DNA of 64,000 nt from a candidate division FCPU426 bacterium (GTDB lineage Bacteria > Oederibacteriota > Muellerivitia > Muellerivitales > Muellerivitaceae): contig CAVTWJ010000014.1 in NCBI GenBank assembly GCA_963738405.1, forward strand, positions 192,001 to 256,000. Reading direction: 5' to 3'. The translations under genes were made by a program, and so were the position numbers. Of the stretch, positions 9,199-20,652 are shown piece after piece. The number at the start of each line of letters is the position of its first letter. The first letter of the stretch is position 1. Below the pieces are notes generated by a model, which saw nothing but the letters and a program-made list of their open reading frames with translations, did not search any database and had not been told where the DNA came from.

Positions 9199-12100
9199 TT
9201 ATCTCAAAACCAGCAGTTTGCCGATGGTGCGCTTGCCGTTGACGGTCACAGTCACGTAATAAATGCCGTTGGCGAGGTTGTTCCCTCCCCTGCCTGTCAG
9301 GGTTAAGGTGATAGCTGTGCCGGAGGGTATAGAATCGAAGGTTTCGTCTTTCACCTTCCTGAAGGCCAGGGTGTAAACCTCCACCCGCACGTTCGATAGG
9401 CCCAAATAAGGCGGCGGAAGAATCTGTACCGTGGGGCCTGTCCCTGGATTGGGATAGATTTCAATAACCCCCGGGACGGCCGTCGGAGCCGGGGTGATAG
9501 ATGGGGTTGCCGTAACCGAAGGTGTGGCGGTGCCTGTTGGTGTCGAGGTCGGCTGTTGTACCACCACCGTATAGCCTGTTACCGGCAATCCCGTGAAAAA
9601 GGCTGGCTGGCCTCCGTTATTCCCGCTCTTCCCGGTCATAGCGCCGATCGAAAGATTGTAGGTGCCAGAAGACGAATTGGAGAAATTCACGACAATCTGC
9701 AGCGTCTGCGTACCGGAGAGTAGGACATAGTTCCCAAGTGTCAGGTTGGCCGTGGTCCCTGAGAAAACCGCTGGTGTGCCCGCAGTGGTTCCATTGATGA
9801 CTACGCTGACACTTGTGATGTCCGCCGTGTTGCCCGTGCCCGAGTCCATAAGGGTCAGATTTGTCAAAGTCACCGGCGCCCCGCTCGGGTTGGTCACACT
9901 TACTTGTATGGCCGTCACGTTGCCGCTTCCAGAGATCGTATTCACCGTTCCAACTAATCCCGAGCCCATATTGACGACCGCCGAGGTAGCCGTGGAGGTC
10001 GGAGTGTAGGTTTGGGTAGAAGTCAGAGTCGGGGTAAAGGTTTTGGTACTCGTAACAGTCGGTGTGAAGCTTGGCGTCCAACTAGAGGTGTTAGAGGCGG
10101 TAGGGGTGGAGGTAGAAGTAAAAGTACTGGTGGAGGTAGCTGTCGCGGTTGAGGTAAAGGTTGGGGTTTGAGTGTAGGTAAAGGGCGGGGTATCGGTGGG
10201 AGTAGGGGTTACGGTAGGCGTATCGGTCACCGTGGGGCTGTTGGTGGAAGTGAAAGTCGAAGTCACGGTCGGAGTAGCAGTCAGGGTGGCGGTGCGGGTC
10301 GGCGTGAAGGTTTGGGTAGGTGAAAGAGTATTCGTCGAGCTGTATTGCGCAGTGGAGGTGGCCGTTCCCGTGAGGGTGGGGGTCGGGGTCAGGGTTGCCG
10401 TCTGTGTGAATGTTTGAGTGGCCGTCATCGTATTAGTCTTGGTGTTGGTGGTAGTGGCCGTGGATGTCGTAGTCGGCGTCAGGGTCGTGGTTTTAGTGTT
10501 GGTGACGGTCGGCGTGGAAGAAGCTGTGGGGGATTGGGTGGGAGTGGAAGTTAGAGTCGCAGTCAGTGTCGCTGTTTTGCTATTGGTGACCGTCGGGGTG
10601 GAGGTTTGAGTCAGGGTTGAAGTTTGAGTAAAGGTTAGGGTTTGGGTCTTGGTCGCGGTTGGGGTGGAGGTGGGAGTGGCAGTCAGGGTATAGGTCCTTG
10701 TAACCGTCGGTGTGACGGTTAGGGTGAAGGTCGAGGTATTACCCGGGGTGGGGGAACTCGTCGGACTGGGAGTCGGGGTTCGGGTGGATGTGCCGGAGGG
10801 CGTAGGGGTAATGGTGCGGGTGGAGGTGATGGTATTGCTGGGAGTCGATGTTTTGGTCGGCGTGGCGGTAATTGTTGGGCTTGGAGTGTTCGTTCGGGTC
10901 GCTGTCAATGTCGGGGTGGGTGTGGCAGTACTAGAAACGGACACGACCCCCACGAAGGAAACCACGCTGGAAACCGGCATCGAGTAAGTAAAACTGTTCC
11001 CGGAAACTGGTACAGCAGCCTGCTGAACTAGGCCGTTGCCGACATCGGTCAGCCAGGGCGTGACCGATGTCACGGTAACGCCGTTCAGGGCGAAGGTCTG
11101 GTTCACCGAACTGGCGTTGTAGTTGATGGCCACGATGACGATGGTGGTGGGCGAGGAAGTGTTGGTGTTCTTATATGCGGAAACCGTCACGCCGGCCTGG
11201 GGGCCTTCGGTCGCTCCCATGCGGTAATAGCCGGGCCGGATGAACTTGGAATAATTGCCCAGCACGAAGGCCGCGTCGGTGAGATTGGTTCCATTGATCA
11301 GGTCGGCCAACCACCAATAATGGAAGGAGTTCATCTGGCCCTCGACCAGGGACTGGTGGGCCCAGCCCGCCACGCACAGGCCCGCCGAATTCTGGGCCGT
11401 GATAAGCCCGGTAGTACAGCCAGAAATCTCCGTCGCCCACCACTCCTGGTTCGTCAGGTGGGTATAACCGTAATTCGAGGCGATCTGGGCAAGAGTGTCG
11501 TAAAAGGTGCCGTACAAGTGGGTGTTGATGATGCTGACCAGGGGGGCCGCATTGGCGTCGGACATGGTGGCGGTGCCTAGGTTCATGCCCCATTCATTCG
11601 GCGGTTCCGGCATCATGATCTTGGTGGTAAGCCCCGCGCCCGTGATGGAGGCGGCCATGCAGGGGATGAAAATGTCGAACTGGCCGGTGGTCCAATTGGC
11701 GCCTTCATAGGTGACCTCGAAACTGGGTTCGTTTTGAGCCGAGATGGAGTAAAGGCTCACACCGGTATAGGTTTTGCAGTATTGGAGGTATTGAGTCAGG
11801 TATTGGGCGTAGCCAGTGTCGGCGCTGTTGGGGGCGTTGCCCGTGTCGGAACCAGTGAAGGCACCGACGTTGGTGACCCCCGCGTTCACAACCTCCCCAT
11901 CGACGCTGTTGTTGGTTTTGTACATGGCAGGGGGAGACCACTCGGTGCTCCAGAAAAGGACGTTGGGGTTGACCGCATGGGCCGCAGTGATATTGTTCAG
12001 CTCGCTGTTCCAGGCGCCGGTGTTGCCGCCGACGGCGGTGGGGTCGATGCGGGTCCTCAGCGAGGTCAGCCCGATGTGGCCGTTCACCGTGTCGTCGGCG

Positions 12101-12282
12101 AACAGGGCCTGCCCCATGCTTCCCACGCCGCTCCAGGCGCTGGAGGCCCCGATACAATGGATATATTGGTTCGTCTGGGTGGCGTCCACTGTGCAGGTAC
12201 CCGCCCAAAGAGTATGCGTGACAAAAAAAAACCCAAAGGCCAGCGTGCAATTTTGAATGTTTAGGGCGAATAGTTTTTTCAA
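9199..12282 (-). CDS. Secreted GH30 glycoside hydrolase + Thr-rich linker + Ig-like domain + T9SS-like CTD (start probably TTG 12282; ORF track starts at 12345)
   Basis: QNEP and WWATE catalytic motifs; paralog of 1-2903; CTD IYPNP..VYTLAFRKV..LANGIYYV..KLLVLR; GGAG RBS before TTG. Confidence 0.9.
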   Translation of the reverse strand: MKKLFALNIQNCTLAFGFFFVTHTLWAGTCTVDATQTNQYIHCIGASSAWSGVGSMGQALFADDTVNGHIGLTSLRTRIDPTAVGGNTGAWNSELNNITAAHAVNPNVLFWSTEWSPPAMYKTNNSVDGEVVNAGVTNVGAFTGSDTGNAPNSADTGYAQYLTQYLQYCKTYTGVSLYSISAQNEPSFEVTYEGANWTTGQFDIFIPCMAASITGAGLTTKIMMPEPPNEWGMNLGTATMSDANAAPLVSIINTHLYGTFYDTLAQIASNYGYTHLTNQEWWATEISGCTTGLITAQNSAGLCVAGWAHQSLVEGQMNSFHYWWLADLINGTNLTDAAFVLGNYSKFIRPGYYRMGATEGPQAGVTVSAYKNTNTSSPTTIVIVAINYNASSVNQTFALNGVTVTSVTPWLTDVGNGLVQQAAVPVSGNSFTYSMPVSSVVSFVGVVSVSSTATPTPTLTATRTNTPSPTITATPTKTSTPSNTITSTRTITPTPSGTSTRTPTPSPTSSPTPGNTSTFTLTVTPTVTRTYTLTATPTSTPTATKTQTLTFTQTSTLTQTSTPTVTNSKTATLTATLTSTPTQSPTASSTPTVTNTKTTTLTPTTTSTATTTNTKTNTMTATQTFTQTATLTPTPTLTGTATSTAQYSSTNTLSPTQTFTPTRTATLTATPTVTSTFTSTNSPTVTDTPTVTPTPTDTPPFTYTQTPTFTSTATATSTSTFTSTSTPTASNTSSWTPSFTPTVTSTKTFTPTLTSTQTYTPTSTATSAVVNMGSGLVGTVNTISGSGNVTAIQVSVTNPSGAPVTLTNLTLMDSGTGNTADITSVSVVINGTTAGTPAVFSGTTANLTLGNYVLLSGTQTLQIVVNFSNSSSGTYNLSIGAMTGKSGNNGGQPAFFTGLPVTGYTVVVQQPTSTPTGTATPSVTATPSITPAPTAVPGVIEIYPNPGTGPTVQILPPPYLGLSNVRVEVYTLAFRKVKDETFDSIPSGTAITLTLTGRGGNNLANGIYYVTVTVNGKRTIGKLLVLR

Positions 12283-12356
12283 GGAGACTCCGTCACATCT
12301 GTCGGCATCCAGGTTGTTGAGAATGAAATTTCTTAATCTATCCAATTTTTAATAGC

Positions 12357-15300
12357 TTACCGCAAAACTAGCAGTTTGCCGATGGAACGGTTCCCGTTGA
12401 CGGTTACGACTACGTAGTAGATGCCGTTGGCGAGGTTGTTCCCACCCCTGCCCGTCAAGGTCAGGGTCACGGCCGTTCCTGATGGAATGGAATCAAAGGT
12501 CACGTCCTTCACCTTCCTGAAGGCCAGCGTGTAAACCTCCACCCTCACGTTCGATATCCCAATATAGGGCGGTGGTAGAACCTGTACCGTCGGGCCTGTC
12601 CCTGGGTTGGGGTAGATTCCCACATGCCCTGGGATGGCCGTGGGGGCCGGAGTGATGGAGGGGGTCGCTGTCACCGAGGGTGTGGCCGTTTCGGTTGGTG
12701 TCGACGTCGGCCGCGTTACCACCACCGTATAGCCTGTCACTGGTAATCCCGTGAAGGATGCCGCCTGGCCTCCGTTGTTGCCGCTCGTTCCAGTCATGGT
12801 GGTGATCGAAAGATTGTAAGTGCCAGAAGAAGAATTAGAGAAATTCACGACAATCTGCAGGGTCTGGGTCCCCGGCGGTAGGACATAGTTGCTTAGAGTC
12901 AGGTTGGCTGTGTTTCCCGTGAAGACCGCCTGTATGCCAGCAGCGGTTCCATTGATCACTACGCTGACCCCTGTAATATCAGCTGTATTGCCCGTTCCTG
13001 AGTCAGTGAGTGTCAGGTTATTCAAGGTGACAGGCGCCCCGCTGGGGTTGGTCACACTTACTTGTATATCCGTTATATTACCGCTTCCAGAAATTGTATT
13101 CACCGTTCCCACGAATCCCGAGCCCATATTTACTACCGCTGAGGTCGCCGTGGAGGTAGGCGTGTAGGTTTGGGTGGAAGTCAGGGTCGGGGTAAAGGTT
13201 TTGGTACTCGTAACAGTCGGTGTGAAGCTTGGCGTCCAACTGGAGGTGTTAGAGGCGGTAGGGGTGGAGGTAGAAGTAAAAGTGCTGGTGGAGGTAGCTG
13301 TCGCAGTTGAGGTAAAGGTTGGGGTTTGAGTGTAGGTAAAGGGCGGGGTATCGGTGGGAGTGGGGGTTACGGTAGGCGTATCGGTCACCGTAGGGCTGTC
13401 GGTGGAAGTGGAGGTCGAAGTCACAGTCGGAGTAGCAGTCAGGGTGGAGGTGCGGGTCGGCGTGAAGGTTTGGGTAGGCGTGTATGTCTGTGTCGGGGTG
13501 CTGGTAAAAGTGGGGCTCAAGGTCATGGTGGGGGTTCTGCTAGCCGTGCTTGTTTGGGTCGGGGTAGAAGTCGTGGTAACGGTCAGGGTATGGGTGGGTG
13601 AGAGGGTGTTCGTCGGGCTGAATTGAGAGGTGGGGGTCGGGGTTTCGGTGGTGGTGGGAGTATTAGTAACCGTGTTAGTCGTTGTACGGGTGGATGTTGA
13701 AGTAAGCGTTGCCGTCAGGGAATAGGTTGAAGTGGCTGTTAAGGAAGCCGTAGGCGTATTGGTCTGGGTTCGGGTGGATGTAGAGGTACCTGTCTGGGTG
13801 GAGGTAACGGTGGTTGTGAGTGAAAGGGTAGGTGTTGGAGATAGGGTGTTGGTGGCGCTGAATTGGAAGGTGGCTGTAGGGGTCCCAGTAAACACAGGAG
13901 TAGAGGTCAAAGAAGATGTAGCGGTTTGAGTGGGGGTTACCGTGGCCGTAAAGGTCCGACTGGTAGTAGGAGTTTGAGTCAGGGTGGTCGTTTTGGTGTT
14001 GGTGGTGGTCGCGGTCAAGGTGGGGGTACTGGTACTGACGGGCGTGGAAGTGGTAGTAGCCGTGGAGGTAGAGGTACGGGTGGATGTTCCCGTAACCGTG
14101 AGGGTGGCCGTGGGAGTCACCGTCTGGGTGGCGGTCAGGGTGGTCGTTTTCGTCACGGTGGGGGTGGAAGTTTGGGTCGCCGTCAAGGTGCGGGTGGCAG
14201 TGGAGGTAGAAGTTGAGGTATTCGCCGGGGTGGGAGAGGAAGTCGAGCTCGGAGTAGGTGTACGGGTTGCGGTACTGGAAGGTGTAGGCGTGTTCGTAAG
14301 AGTCGGAGTGATCGTATTACTGGGAGTAGATGTCTTTGTAGGACTGGGGGTCGGCGTTAGGGATGGCGTGTTTGTTCGAGTGGCCGTCAAGGTGGGGGTG
14401 GGAGTGTTGGTCGATCCAGAAGAAATATCGCCGTACAAAATCCCGCGACCATTAGTGCCTATATACATCCGTCCATAAACGGTCTCATCACCGCCGGCAT
14501 ACCCCGCGGCTCCAAACTGGTGGTTGGCGTCGTTGATGCGGGTCCAGGTAGTCCCCACCCCGTCGTCGCAACGGAAGAAACCATAGGTGCCGCTCACCGT
14601 CCCCACTAGATAGACGGCCGGATGGTTGGCGGGGGGAGCCCCATTGGTGGATATACCAAACCCAACCGCAGTGGCGCTGGAAACATTGGCAATGGTGGCC
14701 TTCGTGGTTCCCCCATTGGTAAATCGGAACAAACCGCTTCCACCCGCGGGCACCCAAACCTCTCCCGCCTCCCCAAAAACCGCCCGAGGCATCCCGGTTC
14801 CAGTGAAGGTGTTGACCGAGGCAAAACTAGACCCGCTATTCGTGCTGACGTAAAGGGTGTTGCCGCTGGTGGCATAGATAGTAGTGGGGTTGACCCGGTC
14901 AGAGGCCAACTGGGCTCCCGAGGGAAGCCCCGTACAGGTAGTCCAGGCCCCGCCCAAGGATGAGGCATAAGCCGGAGAACCATAACCGTTATAGGGAGAA
15001 ACAACTACATGAGAGCCATTGGCGGCCACAGCTACCGAGCCCATTTCATTCGAAGTTCCATAGCCCGGAGGAGCGCTCCCCCAAGGGGTCCAGGTTTGGC
15101 CGTTGTTGGTGGAATAGGCCACGTCGGAAGTGGTCGTACTGCTGTTCCCCACTCTCACCACGTCGTTAGTGTTTGACTCGGCAAAGTCCACGCAGTTGGT
15201 GTTGGTGAAGCTGGGATTACAGTACATGCCTCCCGCGGGCGATTGGGTCAAGTTGGTATGGCGCATCCCCGAGATGTCCCCCACGGCGCTGAAAAAGATT

Positions 15301-16622
15301 CCGCCCGCCGAGGCCGAGTTAATCGCCAGCACGGCCGTTTCTTCCAGGCCGTAATCTTTAAAGGTCCAAGTGACACCGGCGGGCTGAGTTCCGGCCGTGA
15401 TGTTGGAGCTATCCCAAACCCCGCCCCCGGTGGTGTAAATGGCGTGGCCCGAATTGAAAGGGTCGATTCTGACGTCCCCTTGCCATCCTACGCCTCCGTC
15501 ATAGGTCGAGCAAAATCTTGTCCATAAAGCACCGTTGTTGTTGTAATTGGCGAAAGGTCCGCCATCCCAGCTATTTTGCGCGTTCCCAATGACCGACCAG
15601 CTGGTCCCGCCATTGGTCGTGCTGTAGATATGGTCAGGGCCGCCCCACCAATCCAAGGTGGCGACTACCACATGCTGGGCGTTTTCGGCATCCACGCTGA
15701 GACCACCAAATCCGCCGCTTCCCGCCGCCGGATTGGGCATTGTCACCTGCGTCCAAGCTAAGGTGCTGGTGTTTAACTTCCAGATTTGTCCGGTGGTAAT
15801 GCTATTGGGGCCGTATCCACCGCTGTCATAAACAACCCATAAATTGCCGTCGGTCCCAAGACAGGCGCGGGGAGTAATCATGTTGCTGGGTCCGCCAGGC
15901 ACGAGAGTCCAGCTGGCGCCCGCGTTCGTGGACCGGTAGAGGTTGCTGTTGCCCGAGGCCATGGCTTCCACCCCGACATAGATCGTGGCGGAGGCGGTTC
16001 CCGAGGTGCCATGGGGATCAAAAAGTACGTAACTCAAACCGTAACCGGCGTCGCCGCTTACCGGAAATCCCCCGACTTTGCTCCAACTGGCGGCGGAATT
16101 CGTGCTGGTCCATAACCCGTTGCTTCGAGAGGCGAAATAGAGGGTAGAGGTCAAATTGGGATCGACCGCAAGGCGTTCCCCGGCTTCGCGGCCGTCGTTG
16201 TTTCCGCCCATGGGCACGGCAATGGTGTTGACGGCCCAAGTATTTCCCTGGTCGGTGGAAGAAAGGATGACCCCGTTTCCACTGGCGGTGTACATTCCCG
16301 CAGCCTCATAAACCACATTTGCGTTTTTGGGATCAGGGGCAATGCTTTCCCCGCCGTAATAGTTGTACTGGCTGTTGCTGTACATGTCGTTGAGGGGAAC
16401 CCAGACGCTGTTGGCGTTGTCCCAACGATAGACGCCTCCGATATCCGTGCGGCAATAATAAAGACCGCTCTGAACCGGGCTGAATTCCACCCCGGCCACA
16501 AACCCTCCGGCTGGAATGGTTACGTTTTTCCAAGTATAGGTTTGGGCAAACGCTTGGGTAACAAATAGGCAGATGCCAATTGTCAGCGCTTTCATAAAAA
16601 GAGACTTCAATCCCTTGTTCAC
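12357..16622 (-). CDS. Secreted GH74 xyloglucanase-like enzyme + Thr-rich linker + Ig-like domain + T9SS-like CTD
   Basis: YTWKNVTIPAGGFV..YCRTDIGGVYRWD, GERLAVDPN, GLEETAV, AVGDISG, TNGRGILYG; BNR repeats. Confidence 0.92.
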   Translation of the reverse strand: MNKGLKSLFMKALTIGICLFVTQAFAQTYTWKNVTIPAGGFVAGVEFSPVQSGLYYCRTDIGGVYRWDNANSVWVPLNDMYSNSQYNYYGGESIAPDPKNANVVYEAAGMYTASGNGVILSSTDQGNTWAVNTIAVPMGGNNDGREAGERLAVDPNLTSTLYFASRSNGLWTSTNSAASWSKVGGFPVSGDAGYGLSYVLFDPHGTSGTASATIYVGVEAMASGNSNLYRSTNAGASWTLVPGGPSNMITPRACLGTDGNLWVVYDSGGYGPNSITTGQIWKLNTSTLAWTQVTMPNPAAGSGGFGGLSVDAENAQHVVVATLDWWGGPDHIYSTTNGGTSWSVIGNAQNSWDGGPFANYNNNGALWTRFCSTYDGGVGWQGDVRIDPFNSGHAIYTTGGGVWDSSNITAGTQPAGVTWTFKDYGLEETAVLAINSASAGGIFFSAVGDISGMRHTNLTQSPAGGMYCNPSFTNTNCVDFAESNTNDVVRVGNSSTTTSDVAYSTNNGQTWTPWGSAPPGYGTSNEMGSVAVAANGSHVVVSPYNGYGSPAYASSLGGAWTTCTGLPSGAQLASDRVNPTTIYATSGNTLYVSTNSGSSFASVNTFTGTGMPRAVFGEAGEVWVPAGGSGLFRFTNGGTTKATIANVSSATAVGFGISTNGAPPANHPAVYLVGTVSGTYGFFRCDDGVGTTWTRINDANHQFGAAGYAGGDETVYGRMYIGTNGRGILYGDISSGSTNTPTPTLTATRTNTPSLTPTPSPTKTSTPSNTITPTLTNTPTPSSTATRTPTPSSTSSPTPANTSTSTSTATRTLTATQTSTPTVTKTTTLTATQTVTPTATLTVTGTSTRTSTSTATTTSTPVSTSTPTLTATTTNTKTTTLTQTPTTSRTFTATVTPTQTATSSLTSTPVFTGTPTATFQFSATNTLSPTPTLSLTTTVTSTQTGTSTSTRTQTNTPTASLTATSTYSLTATLTSTSTRTTTNTVTNTPTTTETPTPTSQFSPTNTLSPTHTLTVTTTSTPTQTSTASRTPTMTLSPTFTSTPTQTYTPTQTFTPTRTSTLTATPTVTSTSTSTDSPTVTDTPTVTPTPTDTPPFTYTQTPTFTSTATATSTSTFTSTSTPTASNTSSWTPSFTPTVTSTKTFTPTLTSTQTYTPTSTATSAVVNMGSGFVGTVNTISGSGNITDIQVSVTNPSGAPVTLNNLTLTDSGTGNTADITGVSVVINGTAAGIQAVFTGNTANLTLSNYVLPPGTQTLQIVVNFSNSSSGTYNLSITTMTGTSGNNGGQAASFTGLPVTGYTVVVTRPTSTPTETATPSVTATPSITPAPTAIPGHVGIYPNPGTGPTVQVLPPPYIGISNVRVEVYTLAFRKVKDVTFDSIPSGTAVTLTLTGRGGNNLANGIYYVVVTVNGNRSIGKLLVLR

Positions 16623-16669
16623 TTCAGCAAATCCTTTTTCAAAGCAAAAACGTTATGAGTTGATATTAC

Positions 16670-16682
16670 AAAACCGGTTACA
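16670..16682. promoter_or_regulatory. LacI-type operator-like site AAAACCGGTTACA
   Basis: Near-palindrome upstream of GH74; AACCGGTTACA core recurs at 20592 and 24665. Confidence 0.5.
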
Positions 16683-16860
16683 TCGTTGAAATATATGGCA
16701 TTGAAGCGATACCAAAGTTTACCGAATTCTTCATTTTTCAGCGTAGAAAACGCTTTTCCGTTTCACGGTTAACTTCGATTGTTTTGAAGGAATTGAAATA
16801 AATTTTGAAGCGTTTCCCGTTTGACCGGCCACACAAGTCTTAATGTTTCACCCGCTTCAT

Positions 16861-19800
16861 CTAACGCAAGATCAGCAATTTAGCTGTGGATCTTCCCCCG
16901 CCTGTTGTCACCACGAGGTAATAAAGACCGTTCGACAAGGGATGCCCGCTTCTTCCCGTTAAGTTCAAGATCACCGCCGTGCCTGAGGGAACCGAAGTGA
17001 ATGTCACGTCCTGCACTTTCCTAAAGGCCAAACTGTAAATCTCAACCCTCACATTGGATGTTCCTGAATAGGAAGGGGGAAGAACATTGACGGTCGGACC
17101 AGTTGCGGGATTGGGATAAACACCAAGGAGCTCGGCAGTGGGGGTGTAAGTTTGTGTTACCGTACCCTGAAGAATAGTTGTGGAAGTCGGGCTTGGCGAA
17201 GGAGTGGCGCTGAATGACGCTGTGGAAGTTACAGTAGCCGTGGGCACAACAGGCGTATGGGTACTCGTGAGGGTCGGAGGGACTGATGTAAAAGTCGAAG
17301 TGGGCTGAGGTGTATTTGTCGATGTCGGAGGTATGGAAGTGTTCGTGGCGGTCGGCGGCACCGGGGTATTCGTCGATGTTTGCGGAACAAGCGTAGAGGT
17401 TCTGGTCGCGGTGGGAGGAAGGGGCGTGGCAGTCGATGTGAAAGTAGGAGGGACGGGCGTATTCGTGGCGGTTGGGAGAACCGCCGTACTGGTCAAGGTG
17501 GGCGGAACCGGACTATTCGTAGCCGTAAGGGTAGGCGGCACAAGAGTTTGTGTTGGGGTGCTGGAGGGCGGTGCCAATGTTTGAGTCGGCGTAAGGGTAG
17601 GGGGTACAGGCGTGGCGGTGGGCGTTAAAGTAGGTGGAACCGGGCTGTTTGTATTTGTGGCCGTTGGCGGGACCTGAGTATTGGTTCTCGTCGAAGTCGC
17701 GGTCGCCGTTACGGTCAAGGTGGCCGTCGGAGGCACAACGGTATTTGTTTTGGTAGCCGTAACCGTGCCGGTTGAGGTGGAAGTAACGGTCGGTGGAACG
17801 GGTGTATTGGTAGAGGTTGGGGGAACAGGGGTATGGGTGCGGGTCGCCGTTAAAGTCAGTGTGACGGTGGTCGTCGAGGTATTGGTCGGCGGCACAAGTG
17901 TGTTCGTGCCCGTGGCCGTGGGGGTACTCGTCACCGTCGAGGTCGCGGTTGGAGGAACCGGCGTATTTGTCTTTGTCGGGGTCGGCAGATTACACCCATT
18001 CCCGAATGCATCCATCGCGTGGGTAGGCTTCCCCGTGTTATCGAATGCCACCAACCCATAACCCATCCAGTTGTAGGCTTCCGGCTCCCAATAAAAAACC
18101 CCCAATCCATTCCCGCCCGGAAGGCCGCTGTTCTTGGCGATGATATCGGAAAGGAACGCGAAAGAATTCGTCGGGTCCGTAACGTCCATTCCCACTTCCG
18201 AAATGACAACAGGCTTTCCATAGCGGGTGATCATGTCGTTCATATTGGTCAGGCATTGGGAATCCAAGGTGGCCCAGTTGGTCGTGGAAGGGTAAAGGGA
18301 CATGCCGATGGCGTCCCAATTGGCGCCGGCAGCCTTTAATCCATCGAACATCCAGCGGAACAAAGTATTATCGTAGCCATTGGAAATGTGGATGACCACC
18401 TTGGCGGCCGGTTCCACCGATTTGACCGCCGCGTAACCGCTGTTAATAAGTTGGGCGAATGCCGGGAATCCGTTGACGGAGACCCGCCCCCCCGGGTCTC
18501 CCGTATTAACCGGCCACAGCATCCCATCATTCGTTTCGTTCCCCACCTGTACCCATTCGGGATGGACTCCCGCCGCCGACAAGGCGCTCAACACATCAAC
18601 CGTATGGTCATGGACCCCTTGGACCAGCTGGGCCATGGTGTAGGAGGCCCAAGCCGCCGGCTTGTTCTGTTGGCCGGGGTCAGCCCAGGAATCGCTGTAA
18701 TGGAAATCGATCATGATCCGGTAACCCATGGCATTGGCCCGGATGGCCATGGCCACCACGTCCGCTTTGCCTGACCATCCCGGCGCCGCGGGATTGACCC
18801 AAACCCGAAGTCGAATGGCATTAATGCACTTTTCCTGGAGGACCGACAGACATCCCATGGTCACCCCGGAATTGTCCTGGAAGGTTCGCCCCTGGGATTC
18901 CATTTGAGACAACCAACCCACATCCGCTCCCCGAGCGAAGGGAGCAGAAACACTCGAAGTAGCCGTCCAAGTTGGTATGGCGGTTAGAGTGCTTGTTTCG
19001 ATTGCCGTGGCTGTATTCGTGAATGTCGGTGGAACCACAGTATTTGTTCTTGTGGAGGTCGGTGTCAGAGTAAATGTTGGAGGCAAAGCCGTGTTGGTCC
19101 TAGTGGCGGTGGACGTTCCAGTCGCGGTTGAAGTAGGGGTGGGGGGAACAGGCGTTGAGGTGTGGGTTGAAGTCGAGGTTGCCGTGCTGATCGCCGTACT
19201 GGTACGGGTGGGTGTGGCGGTTGCAGTCGCTGTATTCATTGGAGTATTCGTTCGAGTCGCGGTTGAGGTGCCGGTTGTTGTAGCCGTCGGAGGAACTGCC
19301 GTGTTGGTACGGGTTGGAGTGGAGGTGAAGGTCGCTGTGGCGGCGGATGGCGTGTTGGTTCTCGTAAAAGTAGCCGTTGGCCCGCAAGCCGGAAAAGCCA
19401 CATCGTCCGTCCCCGCCATAGCCGCGTTGTAGGTTGTGACCGCAGCGGTATTGGAAGGCGCCTTGCCGTTGATCAGGCAGTTGCAATCGAAGGTGACTCC
19501 TTGGGTGTTGAACACGTCGAAAATCTTGGAGCCCGTCAGGGTGCAGGCGTCGAACAAGATGTTGGAGACCGGTGCCTGGGGCAGTCCCCACATAATCCCC
19601 ACGTTGGCCGTGCCGGTGGAAGCCTGACTCGCGGTGACATTCTGGAACTTGATATTTTCCCAGAAGGGCGTAGTGCTGTTGGCGGCTGAACCCGTGTCCG
19701 TGGCCGGATTGGAAGGCACGGTGGGGTAGTAGCTGTACATGAGGATGGGGTTGACCATGATGTTGGACATGGTGACGTTGGAGTAGGTGATGTTGGAGGT

Positions 19801-20649
19801 GATTCCGCCTTCGGTGTTGTTCGACTTCAGCCTCAACCCGTACTGGGTGCCGTTAAACACGCAGTTGTCGACCAGAACGTTGGAGACCCCTCCCGAAGTG
19901 ATGCTTCCGATGGAAAGACCGTGCCCCGTGCCGAAGGTACAGCCCGAGACCGTGACCCCGTTGCAGGCGTTGGAACCGCCGATCTGCACCACGTCGTCCC
20001 CGTCGCTGATGTAGCAGTTTTGGATGTTGACGTTCACGCCGCGCAGGTCGATGCCGTCGGTATTGGGGGAAGGCCAGGGGGCGGTGATGGAAAGGGCCGA
20101 AGCCAAAATGTTGGTGCCGTTGCCCAGAAACTGGATATGGAACTTGGGCGAGTTCTGCACCGTGATGCCCGACACCGTCACGCTCGTGCATCCCGTGAGC
20201 TCGATCATGGCGGGCGGGCGGTTGTCCGTTCCCCCGCCGTTGAAATAGGTCCACCATTCCTGCCCCTGGCCGTCCATGACGCCCGAACCGTTGATGGTGG
20301 TATTGGTCAGCTTGGAGCCGTAGAGAAAATCGGCGCTCACCGGATAGGCCGGGTGGCTTCCGGTGGCCGTCATGGGAAGCATCATGAGGGTGGCCCCGGC
20401 GGAAATTTGGAAGATCATGTTGCTCTTGAGGGTCATCGGGCCGCTATAGAAGGTGCCAGCTGGAACCAAGACAGTACCGTTGGTTCCTACCGCGTTGATG
20501 GCGGCCTGAATGGCGGCGGCGTTATCAGCATTACCCGTCGAGGCGTTATAGGGCGCCGAGGTAATATTGATGGTTTGGGAATTGGCGGTTGAACCGGTTA
20601 CACAAAAGAGGCCTATCAAAGTGAACAATGAAATGAATTTAAGTTTCAT
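16861..20649 (-). CDS. Bifunctional secreted pectinase: GH28 polygalacturonase + GH53 endo-beta-1,4-galactanase, PT linkers, T9SS-like CTD
   Basis: GH28 NTDGID, GDD, GHG, RLKS; GH53 [44 protein letters not shown]. Confidence 0.92.
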   Translation of the reverse strand: MKLKFISLFTLIGLFCVTGSTANSQTINITSAPYNASTGNADNAAAIQAAINAVGTNGTVLVPAGTFYSGPMTLKSNMIFQISAGATLMMLPMTATGSHPAYPVSADFLYGSKLTNTTINGSGVMDGQGQEWWTYFNGGGTDNRPPAMIELTGCTSVTVSGITVQNSPKFHIQFLGNGTNILASALSITAPWPSPNTDGIDLRGVNVNIQNCYISDGDDVVQIGGSNACNGVTVSGCTFGTGHGLSIGSITSGGVSNVLVDNCVFNGTQYGLRLKSNNTEGGITSNITYSNVTMSNIMVNPILMYSYYPTVPSNPATDTGSAANSTTPFWENIKFQNVTASQASTGTANVGIMWGLPQAPVSNILFDACTLTGSKIFDVFNTQGVTFDCNCLINGKAPSNTAAVTTYNAAMAGTDDVAFPACGPTATFTRTNTPSAATATFTSTPTRTNTAVPPTATTTGTSTATRTNTPMNTATATATPTRTSTAISTATSTSTHTSTPVPPTPTSTATGTSTATRTNTALPPTFTLTPTSTRTNTVVPPTFTNTATAIETSTLTAIPTWTATSSVSAPFARGADVGWLSQMESQGRTFQDNSGVTMGCLSVLQEKCINAIRLRVWVNPAAPGWSGKADVVAMAIRANAMGYRIMIDFHYSDSWADPGQQNKPAAWASYTMAQLVQGVHDHTVDVLSALSAAGVHPEWVQVGNETNDGMLWPVNTGDPGGRVSVNGFPAFAQLINSGYAAVKSVEPAAKVVIHISNGYDNTLFRWMFDGLKAAGANWDAIGMSLYPSTTNWATLDSQCLTNMNDMITRYGKPVVISEVGMDVTDPTNSFAFLSDIIAKNSGLPGGNGLGVFYWEPEAYNWMGYGLVAFDNTGKPTHAMDAFGNGCNLPTPTKTNTPVPPTATSTVTSTPTATGTNTLVPPTNTSTTTVTLTLTATRTHTPVPPTSTNTPVPPTVTSTSTGTVTATKTNTVVPPTATLTVTATATSTRTNTQVPPTATNTNSPVPPTLTPTATPVPPTLTPTQTLAPPSSTPTQTLVPPTLTATNSPVPPTLTSTAVLPTATNTPVPPTFTSTATPLPPTATRTSTLVPQTSTNTPVPPTATNTSIPPTSTNTPQPTSTFTSVPPTLTSTHTPVVPTATVTSTASFSATPSPSPTSTTILQGTVTQTYTPTAELLGVYPNPATGPTVNVLPPSYSGTSNVRVEIYSLAFRKVQDVTFTSVPSGTAVILNLTGRSGHPLSNGLYYLVVTTGGGRSTAKLLILR

Positions 20650-20652
20650 CTT

